From NCBI RefSeq assembly GCF_964355755.1, contig NC_092673.1:15968948-16032947 (forward strand): 64,000 bases of DNA, written 5' to 3'. This document shows, one piece after another, positions 38,801-44,902 of the stretch. Within the stretch, counting starts at the first letter, position 1, and each line of letters begins with the position of its first letter. Made by a program: the position numbers and the translations under genes. This stretch comes from Antedon mediterranea (lineage: Eukaryota; Animalia; Echinodermata). The notes beneath the pieces are model-generated. The model had not been told where the DNA came from and did not search any database. It saw only the letters and a program-made list of their open reading frames with translations.

Positions 38801-40034
38801 CACAAAAACATCTGAAATAGCACAAGCCAAAGATCTTGTATCAAAGTATATGAGAGACAACAACATTCAAAATAGATATACTGATGATAGAACCAAGTTG
38901 TCATCTTACAGAAAGCGACTGTTTAAAGCCCTAAAACAAATTGACCCACGTGCATTACGTAATGTTATATCTTTCTACGAGTTAAGAAGATATAGCTTCT
39001 CCAATGTTTGGGATGCAGTTCTCTATCTGGAGATTCAGCAATTATTAGCAGATGATCCAGACAAAATAAATCGGTTTGCAGATCGTCTCGGCACAATAGC
39101 AAGTAACATTCTACTTGGTAGGCTTTCTACTTTATATTATATTAAGTTTTTTGTATTGTTATTGTTATTGAATCATTCATTTTTTTAAACAGTTTACGTA
39201 ATTGTAATTTGATTAAAATAATATTTGGTTTAATTTTAATCATTAAAATTTTACATTAACTGATTATTTATAGGCAATAGTGAGAAGAAATGAGACAGCA
39301 TCATCAAGTCACCAATGTGAACAAAGTGAAGGTAAATTATTCAGTAAAGTTGGGAGATAAACATAAAAAATGAAAATTATATATGATTGTAATATGATTA
39401 AGATAATAATGACATAGAAGTTGGTGATATTGAGGATGATATTACTCTAAAATTTAGGATTTATAAAACAAAGAATATAATAATGTAACTTATTGTTATA
39501 GGAATAAAATAATTAGAGTGAGTAGTTTTTTTGTAGTTGTTTCTAAAAGCTGATTATAGATATAGATAATATATAGATTATAATGATATTCAAATAATGA
39601 TGATGATTATTAAACAATACTTATAACAATGCTGAATTTATTACTTGAAATTTGAAATGATTTTGTGGTCTTTCATGAATTTTTATTCATAAATCTTAAA
39701 ACAGTAATTATGATAATGAATGCTCTCTGAATTTACTTCCTGAAATTGGAAATGATTTTGTGGTGTTTCATGAATTATACTGTGATCATATTCAAATAAT
39801 GATTATGATTTCAACAATGATTATGATGCTAATCTACTGAATTTATTACATTGGAAAATATTGCTGTGTTTTTATCAATTTATATTTATTATTCATAATC
39901 TTAAAACAACAATTACAATTACAATTTCCACAATAATCATGATTACTGTTATACTAAATTTATTGATACTGTTTTTCATTTGTATAGATCTCTCAGAAGA
40001 TGATGAAGACTTAGTCACAGACTTAGCCCAATGA
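2704..40034 (+). CDS. Multi-exon ROCO-family gene (5' end upstream of window): ankyrin repeats - Roc GTPase - COR - tandem DED; no kinase
   Basis: 25 exons joined by hand through AG/GT sites with matching phases: 2704-2823, 6895-6999, 8381-8488, 13204-13311, 19116-19220, 20143-20227, 24499-24591, 26505-26585, 27656-27803, 28208-28293, 28633-28697, 29776-29851, 31461-31618, 32244-32333, 32460-32639, 32792-33049, 33370-33564, 34306-34500, 34693-35001, 35146-35217, 35679-35892, 37266-37292, 37566-37628, 38605-39117, 39988-40034. Total 3501 nt, open to TGA. Roc, COR and DED motifs occur in the expected order. Confidence 0.85.
2932..3517. mobile_element. Non-autonomous element built from 21-bp subrepeats in a large palindrome
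   Basis: Units like ttagtaattcgtttgaacgga; block ~2968-3018 is the reverse complement of ~3352-3402; one end ...gggccttcgta; absent from the other ankyrin introns. Confidence 0.6.
3645..3918 (-). mobile_element. tRNA-derived SINE with L2-like tail
   Basis: On the minus strand: B-box-like gtttcgaatcc, central 'tctctccacccaggtgtataattggg' core, tail gcgctatataaat...(tat)n. Confidence 0.65.
4882..6656. mobile_element. Non-autonomous TIR DNA transposon (CAGG termini, 5-bp TSD; hAT5-like by inference)
   Basis: TIRs caggcccgtatccag / ctgcatacgggcctg; CCATT on both flanks; interrupts the conserved ankyrin intron. Confidence 0.8.
6895..6999 (+). CDS. Ankyrin-repeat exon A2 (35 aa, phase 0-0)
   Basis: ttccag|NGNTPLHECLWLGDPTLEIVTCLIQHEAPVALQNK|gtaaat. 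Confidence 0.85.
8230..8333 (+). pseudogene. 3'-truncated ankyrin exon A3a (no donor; fused to the acceptor region of A3b)
   Basis: ttccag|DGNTLLHSYLRSGYLRRVYTTTILVPTLEIVTCL, then intron sequence 'cataatgtctgttgtcag'. Read-through 8230-8488 is 259 nt, out of frame. Confidence 0.8.
8381..8488 (+). CDS. Ankyrin-repeat exon A3b (36 aa, phase 0-0)
   Basis: ttccag|SGDTLLHSYLRSGNTPTLEIVTCLIQHGPPVALQNK|gtaaat. Confidence 0.85.
11242..11313 (-). pseudogene. tRNA-Val(AAC)-like sequence, probably non-functional
   Basis: GGTTTTG...TCTGC-TTAACAC-GCAGA...GGTTCGAGCC...CGAAACC; acceptor and anticodon stems pair, D- and T-stems mismatched. Confidence 0.7.
11532..11602 (-). pseudogene. Second tRNA-Val(AAC)-like copy
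   Basis: ggcttcttggcgagtggttatcacgtttgcTTAACACgcagaaggtacctggttcgagcccggacgaagg; acceptor stem degenerate. Confidence 0.65.
13204..13311 (+). CDS. Ankyrin-repeat exon A4 (36 aa, phase 0-0)
   Basis: ttccag|DGNTPLQSYLWSVYTPTLEIVTCLIQHGAPLALQNK|gtaaat. Confidence 0.85.
13872..17840 (-). mobile_element. CR1-group LINE, near-complete ORF2 plus ORF1 C-terminus
   Basis: ORF1 remnant 17479-~17830 (HRIG...RPIIVRF); ORF2 with APE, RT (YADD) and C-terminal CTCG...H...C; poly(A) tail at ~13872. Confidence 0.93.
13984..17284 (-). CDS. LINE ORF2 (2A-like leader, APE endonuclease, reverse transcriptase); one frameshift near 16920
   Basis: ORFs 16907-17284 and 13984-16932: HINIRS, LTETWL, YRPP, GDMN, DHSP, GVPQGSVLGP, YADD. 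Confidence 0.9.
18117..18515 (-). mobile_element. Second copy of the 3' end of the 9051-12730 LINE at the homologous intron position
   Basis: Same junction gatcgtcaata|ttcattcattc...caggcttat; near-identical to 9051-9425. Confidence 0.9.
18531..18892 (+). mobile_element. LINE 3' fragment
   Basis: Encodes HNKCTRSQSNNDLSIP...GKRTFVYRSTKLWNSLP; A-rich tail; short 'tagat' duplication at the flanks. Confidence 0.7.
19116..19220 (+). CDS. Ankyrin-repeat exon A5 (35 aa, phase 0-0)
   Basis: ttccag|YGDTPLRSYLKRTAPTLEIVTCLIQHMAPVGLQNK|gtaatg. Confidence 0.85.
20143..20227 (+). CDS. C-capping ankyrin exon (phase 0-1)
   Basis: aatag|DGNTLVSLLESNRRIERERKTEILNFLE(G)|gtaagt; GNT start and EILNFL end typical of a terminal ankyrin repeat. 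Confidence 0.75.
21240..21850. repeat. ~168-bp tandem repeat (~3.6 copies), probably internal to a non-autonomous element at ~21020-21992
   Basis: tctactta...atag recurs at 21251, 21419, 21587, ~21749. Confidence 0.8.
22421..24012 (-). mobile_element. 5'-truncated CR1/L2-group LINE
   Basis: FLDLSKAFD, GVPQGSILGP, LFADDT; ORF 22859-23686; 'catatt' on both sides; empty site at ~26025. Confidence 0.9.
24499..24591 (+). CDS. Linker exon copy 1 (phase 1-1)
   Basis: tttag|(D)LPSTVDEQFQTQFQKHKSDKQKTKLLKPES|gtgagt. Confidence 0.7.
26505..26585 (+). CDS. Linker exon copy 2 (phase 1-1)
   Basis: tttag|(D)LPSTVDEQFQKPTSDKQKTKLLKPES|gtaagt; duplicate of 24499-24591 with homologous flanking introns. Confidence 0.7.
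27656..27803 (+). CDS. Roc GTPase exon with P-loop (G1)
   Basis: DIAARELDFQKAYNEALKDGSVPVNLGMLKVIGQEGVGKTCLINACLGK; GxxxxGKT at 27751-27774. Confidence 0.9.
28208..28293 (+). CDS. Roc exon with switch I (G2, TDGI)
   Basis: ccag|EFEERHVVTDGIAVIRTASTTWTEAKADS|gtaaac; phase 2-1. Confidence 0.85.
28633..28697 (+). CDS. Roc insertion exon 1
   Basis: tacag|GNTIQQYTKMVTDKLRKKKTVN|gtatgt; phase 1-0 (an alternative phase-0 donor exists at 28692). Confidence 0.65.
28724..29491. mobile_element. Foldback/MULE-like MITE with ~17-bp subrepeats
   Basis: ggacaactaccccct arrays on the left, gggtagttgtcc arrays on the right; TSD aatgaaaa(c), 8-9 bp; internal inverted-repeat insert ~28857-29130. Confidence 0.8.
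29776..29851 (+). CDS. Roc insertion exon 2 (acidic)
   Basis: gtcag|IDMKPPIDDDEDGIVVDYNNDGNND|gtatgt; phase 0-1. Confidence 0.65.
29983..30855. mobile_element. Non-autonomous Kolobok-like element
   Basis: Ends attgtccccaaaaacatg / caaggggaca; homologous in reverse to 31819-32148 and to the end of the 1-1840 element. Confidence 0.65.
31461..31618 (+). CDS. Roc exon with G3 (WDHGGQ)
   Basis: GTDTATQAVPF...EETFNIWDHGGQLIYHGLHR|gtaagt; matches Roc WDFxGQxxYxxxH. Confidence 0.9.
31675..31798 (+). mobile_element. Degenerate SINE-like fragment
   Basis: tRNA-like 5' part and (accttt)n tail. Confidence 0.35.
31819..32148. mobile_element. Kolobok MITE
   Basis: TTAA|tatgtattgtcccc ... ggggacaatacatct|TTAA. 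Confidence 0.8.
32244..32333 (+). CDS. Roc exon
   Basis: MFMTLQALYIVVFDLSKPLDDLATFIDSSG; typical Roc 'F...alYxvVfdls' segment. Confidence 0.9.
32460..32639 (+). CDS. Roc exon with G4 (VGTHKG)
   Basis: RKFQHHWTNLQFILSYILSVYSHS...PTILIVGTHKGKLGWTEEQQNDE. Confidence 0.9.
32792..33049 (+). CDS. Roc G5 / start of COR exon
   Basis: AEKAFKIIQDVLKTKPYGNHVYHKYFAIENS...PFPLKWMRF; the PxxW motif marks the start of COR-A. Confidence 0.9.
33370..33564 (+). CDS. COR-A exon
   Basis: LLNYLYDLGEIVYMPDNKLLRDKVVLDPMRLVEIVTKFV; matches COR hallmark LxxLHxLGxIxY...VxLDPxWL. Confidence 0.9.
33870..34169. mobile_element. piggyBac-type MITE (300 bp)
   Basis: TTAA|ccctttcactg ... cagtgaaaggg|TTAA. Confidence 0.8.
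34306..34500 (+). CDS. COR exon
   Basis: AAKFRRSFDKLDKGILEEDLLQKLW...FLVALMIQFGFIFE; COR 'GIL...LW...LxxLMxxF' pattern. Confidence 0.88.
34693..35001 (+). CDS. COR exon (FFVPLRL, COR-B start)
   Basis: KSGNGKRSFFVPLRL...IYYDFEGYLPDVLFPYLIIEF; COR 'yfvPxxL' and 'F...lP..lF..L' motifs. Confidence 0.88.
35146..35217 (+). CDS. COR-B exon
   Basis: tctag|MAIKRTDSFDETSKEEPSAEACKL|gtatgt; phase 0-0. Confidence 0.75.
35679..35892 (+). CDS. End of COR-B / Cys-His-rich exon
   Basis: ALSTVEKSF...CIPCRC...KH...LTC...CYKRLFG|gtaag; phase 0-1. Confidence 0.8.
36147..36905. repeat. 88-bp intronic minisatellite (~8.5 copies)
   Basis: Unit ttagctgtgatatcttcattcctcttaccagtagtagtactatcagaatcattattgataatctatacattgttacaacatgctgcta. 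Confidence 0.95.
37266..37292 (+). CDS. 27-nt microexon (phase 1-1)
   Basis: ttgttacag|DDVGTSSNQ|gtatgt; strong splice signals, frame-preserving. Confidence 0.6.
37566..37628 (+). CDS. Acidic spacer exon (phase 1-1)
   Basis: ttttag|GSSDEDEREGTSLSHQHQQSE|gtaaga. Confidence 0.7.
38605..39117 (+). CDS. Tandem death-effector-domain (DED-DED) exon, phase 1-1
   Basis: DED1: FRDLK...WLRFLLFD (FL motif)...DLLNELENKGLILPTNVNLLLEI...AKDLV. DED2 begins LSSYRKRLF, like caspase-8 DED2 'ISAYRVML', and contains VLYLEIQQLL. Confidence 0.8.
39274..39331 (+). pseudogene. Frameshifted paralog of the spacer exon; inclusion gives GNSEKK*
   Basis: 58 nt, intact AG/GT, homologous to 37566-37628; TGA at 39291-39293 in the incoming frame. 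Confidence 0.65.
39988..40034 (+). CDS. Terminal coding exon DLSEDDEDLVTDLAQ*
   Basis: tgtatag acceptor, phase 1, TGA at 40032-40034, AATAAA at 40038-40043. Confidence 0.65.
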
Positions 40035-40264
40035 TGCAATAAACATGGATATTCTATTCATACAAATGTTAGACGGCGTTAAACTGTTAAAAACTGGTAC
40101 CAGTGCAATCTACCTGTGAACTCTTTTATCTGCAAATTGAGTAGTGATAGTGAGATGTAATGTTAGCGTGTCATACCTCAATGTACAATAGTGTAGATAC
40201 CTTGGTATCCCAGAATTAAAACACACTAGTTATTGTCTGTGGTGTTTTCTTTCCAAAAAAAATT

Positions 40265-40580
40265 GCTGTCCCCTTATAATAGGATTAAATCAACCATTTG
40301 GCACTCTCAAACGTGTCCCTGTCCCTTTAATAGGGTTACATCAAACATTTGGCACTCTGAAACGTGTCCCTGTCCCTTTAAAAGGGGTGTCCCCTGATTA
40401 GGAGTTGGCTGTAGTGTTAAAACATATATTTCCCCTCGTTTTATGAGAAAGTGTCCCCTGAATGGGGGTGTACTAAAGAAGGGGTTTACTCCAGTAGTAA
40501 AGAGGAGGGGTGTGTCCCCTGAATAAAGGTGTCCTAAAGAAGGGGTTTACTCCAGTAGTAAAGAGGAGGCGTTCTACTGT
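40265..40580. repeat. MITE-like right end with repeated gtgtcccct motifs
   Basis: Recurrent (g)tgtcccct...taaagaagggg, ending aggcgttctactgt. Confidence 0.4.
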
Positions 40581-43170
40581 TGAAAGTGTACGCAATTGGC
40601 GTACCATACTTACCTGGGGTTTTTGGACAGCGTGGTGTGTTCACGCAGGTTGGGTTGAAACGTTGTCATGTTATGTTATGTTGAAGTATAGAGTATTTAA
40701 TAAACTTCACTTTACTGATAATAGTGGTCGATATATTTATTCGAGTCAGTAAAAGAAAGATTTATTATAAGATTTCAGTGTACTAAATGGTACATGAATG
40801 TTAGTAACAAAAAAAAGAGGACAAAAAAAAAATAACAATACTGGAACATTACAAAAAATAACAGTAGGCCTACAAAGATTTATTATAAGATTTCAGTGTA
40901 CTAAATGGTACATGAATGTTAGTAACAAAAAAAAGACAACAAAACAAAATAACGATACTGGAATATTACAAAAAATAACAGTAGGCCTACAAAACTCAAA
41001 AAATCATGTTACCCAAAAATATACATGGGTGGGTATAAAACATTGCTACTGTTCCTGCAGGCATTACATATTGCTATATTTAGAGATAAGAACATTTTAA
41101 CTGTTTTTATATTTTGTTGTGCATTTATATTAAAATCTCTATGTTGAGATTACAGGCAAAAATCAAACGACCAACATACTTTTTTTTTTAAATAAGTAAT
41201 TGGTTTAAGGTAGAAGAATATGTGCTACCCTCAATGCCATAAACGAATAATGGATTAATAAATGAATTGTAGATTATAATTAGCATGTCTTGAGGAACAA
41301 AATATCTCAACTTAAATAATATGCCTATTTTTTTTGTTTACATTTTGAAATAAACTATCAATATTATTTTTCCATGAAAGAAATTTATGAAACAAGACTA
41401 ATCTACTTCATTTATTGCATTCTCTCCAATTAAGAGATCCGATTTTGTTTAAAATCTAATTTCTTCTGTTTTGAAAAATAATCCAAAGTTTATTAAAAAC
41501 AAATATTTTCCCCTGAAGGAATTCAACCTTGCTTGTCAAATGAAACGACAACATTATAGTACAGTACAGTAAATGAACTGAGATTAAATATTAAAAATAA
41601 AGAGGCAAAATACCCTGGAACTGGAAGTAGTTGGAATGTCTTCCAATTTTTTTTTAAACTTGTATACTTTGTTAATTTATTATAAAAACAAAATGGGACA
41701 AAAACATATGCAAATGAGACCAGGTAAAAGGAAGTAAATAATTAAATCCTTGCGCCCTCTAATCCTTCCCCTTACCATACTAGACATAGACACAACTTTG
41801 TTGAATCTCACTGTGCTACTAAACGGCACTTTTCTAGCCCTGTTCCATAGTTGATCCGATTATTAAGTGTTTGATGAATTAATTGTTTAAAGTGTTAAAT
41901 TTTTTTGTACTAAACTATATATTTTTATATGAATGAATTTTATAATGTCAATTTGGTAAATGAAATGTTTTATATTTTGATGTTTTTTCACTTTCAATTA
42001 AATTTTGTAAATTAAACTCAATTCAGTATTTATGCTGTTAATGTTATGTTTTAATGCTATTCATATTTGCATGGAGTTCTTTACTCCATGATATTTGTTA
42101 ATAAATACTAATGAATGAAAAAACATATTTGTTTGTTTGTAAGGATAGTATTTTTTGAAGGGGGTAGATTTTAACATCGAGGAGATCATTATATCAAAAT
42201 GTACGTGCTAGCTATTGTTAAAAATGTATTGTATATTATAGGAATAATATCCAATCCACCAATCCAGAGAATAATAAAAGTTCTTCGATATTACACTACA
42301 CAGCGATAATTGTTACGCAGACAAAAATGGTGATTGCGCCCTCTATAAAAATTAATACTTGATTATAAGATCTTTGGTTTAATCACCCCAACAAACCACT
42401 CGCATGTTTAATATCCTTGAAGAATGTCAAACATAAGATTAAGAAGTAAGTTTTTGTTTGTGTCATTATTATCATACCATATTATATACGGAATTCGTTA
42501 TACTATATTGCTATTGGTATTGCTAGGGATTCCCATTGCTAGTAGTTTAGTAGGCCTACTAGCTGGGGCAGGCCCTACCTCTAGCCTTGCTCTAGCTAAC
42601 AAAGGCCTAGTAGTAGAGTAGTAGGCAGGGAGGGAGTCTCCACAACTTGCTGTTAGTTAGGAACGGACATCAACCCCGCAACCCCTGTCTCTGGCTGGTG
42701 CTATATACCCTTATCAATACACCAAGCCATCCATCTCGTTGGTCGAATCAGGTTTTACTTTGTATATGAATGGAGAAAAAATATATTATACGTAAGCTTT
42801 TTAACCACCCAATCAGAAGTGAGTTGACGTCGTTTCTATACTTGTGTCACCACATAACAAACAGGCCTTCCTGGGGTTTCCCTGATCTCACAACATGCAT
42901 TCAAACACCGTGTTGTGGTCTTTCATTTAAAAAAAACACAGTGTGGTGGTCTTTTGTTTTCATGATGCATCGAAACGACAAATAACTACAATGCATAGTT
43001 TGACGTAATGCGTAAAAAACTACTGAACTTTTCTATTTAATACTGAAATTTATTTTAACAATTTGAGAACTTGCAATGCACATAGAATATGATCATGGAC
43101 CTATCTAATTTATAGGTCCATGGTATGATAAAGAAATTGGTACACTATTTAAAAAGTGTAATAAGGGATC

Positions 43171-43642
43171 ATCTCACAGTGTGTTGATTGACTTGGTACT
43201 GTACACCATGAACTGTGGCTGCTGTGTACAATCTCACAGTGTGTTGATTGACTTGGTACTGTAGACCATTCACTGTGGCTGCTGTGTACAATCTCACAGT
43301 GTGTTGATTGACTTGGTACTGTACACCATGCACTGTGGCTGCCGTGCACAATCTCATAGTGTGTTTGACTTGGTACTGTACACCATGCACTGTGGCTGCT
43401 GTGTACAATCTCACAGTGTGTTGATTGACTTGGTACTGTACACCATGCACTGTGGCTGCTGTGTACAATCTAAAAGTGTGTTGATTGACTTGGTACTGTA
43501 CACCATGCACTGTGGCTGCTGTGTACAATCTCACAGTGTGTTGATTGACTTGGTACTGTACACCATGCACTGTGGCTGCCGTGTACAATCTCACAGTGTG
43601 TTGATTGACTTGGTACTGTACACCATGCACTGTGGCTGCTGT
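43171..43642. repeat. 60-bp minisatellite (~8 copies)
   Basis: Unit atctcacagtgtgttgattgacttggtactgtacaccatgcactgtggctgctgtgtaca. Confidence 0.95.
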
Positions 43643-44236
43643 GAGTACAGTACATGCCATATCTGAATTTCCTCAACTCAGAGGATGAATGCCTGGCCAC
43701 TATACATTTATGATACAGTTTTGTCACAATTGTGTGCATTAACTATTATTACATTTTCAGATTTGTGATTTGTGATAATGCATTATGTGTACTGACAAGT
43801 ATCTGGCATCTATTATCAGATATCAATTGTCTGGTAAAATTGTCAACTACATGTTGTCTTATGATTACCTCATCCTTTGGAAGGAACATAAAGTTGTGAA
43901 CAACCTAAATACACATTTTATTTGTCAAGTAGGATAATTGTAGGTGCTGTACTATGGCTACTGTAAATCTGAATTCAGTTTCCAGTTATACCGTCAAAAA
44001 TACTTTTTCTTTTTTGTTTTATTGTCATTAATTTATTGTGACTTAAAAGTTTAATTTGTTATTTTGAATATTATCATTTCTAATGTACAGTATACTACAA
44101 AGGATTGTGTTGTTTTATGTGTTAGATTGTGCACATAAGACATGTGTATTGTTACCTCACAAAATAAAACTGATAGGAAATTTAATTTCATTATGCAATT
44201 TTATCTTAATTAGTCAGTAAAACATTTTTTCATGGC

Positions 44237-44576
44237 TTAGACTAAGAGCACTCTTCATACTAAATGGAGATTTGGATGTATAAGTTTGGATGTTTTAGAC
44301 TTAGAGCACTCTTCATACTAAATGGAGATTTGGATGTATAAGTTTGGATGTTTTAGACTTAGAGCACTCTTCATACTAAATGGAGATTTGGATGTATAAG
44401 TTTGGATGTTTTAGACTTAGAGCACTCTTCATACTAAATGGAGATTTGGATGTATAAGTTTGGATGTTTTAGACTTAGAGCACTCTTCATACTAAATGGA
44501 GATTTGGATGTATAAGTTTGGATGTTTTAGACTTAGAGCACTCTTCATACTAAAGGAGATTTGGATGTATAAGTTT
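44237..44576. repeat. 58-bp minisatellite (~5.8 copies)
   Basis: Unit ttagagcactcttcatactaaatggagatttggatgtataagtttggatgttttagac. Confidence 0.95.
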
Positions 44577-44779
44577 CATTCGATTAACAAATGGTAACAA
44601 TAACATGCAATGATAGTTAACAAACATTTTGTGATTTCAATTTTTTTATTTTTATTTTATATATTTAGGCAAATTGCCAAGGATAACCATAAGCAAATTC
44701 ATTCACTATCCTTCTTAAAGGTGGCAATTCGTTCACGAGACAAACATATACACACAATGCTCTACATAAACAAAGTCTT

Positions 44780-44902
44780 ATTACAAGTCTTTGGGAGTGG
44801 AGTTGTAAATTGTCATTAGAAAAAATCCTGACATATGACAGGACTTGAACCCAGGACCCTTGGATTGGCAGCCAAGCATCATAACCACCAGGCCACAACT
44901 CC
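44780..44902 (-). mobile_element. tRNA-derived SINE head / tRNA-like repeat
   Basis: ggagttgtggcctggtggtta (A box)...cttggctgccaatccaag...gggttcaagtcc (B box); no paired acceptor stem. Confidence 0.6.

Noticed and set aside
43149-44576. Repetitive ORFs (TVHGVQYQVNQH) and possible CRISPR arrays
   Set aside because: 60-bp and 58-bp minisatellites without variable spacers.
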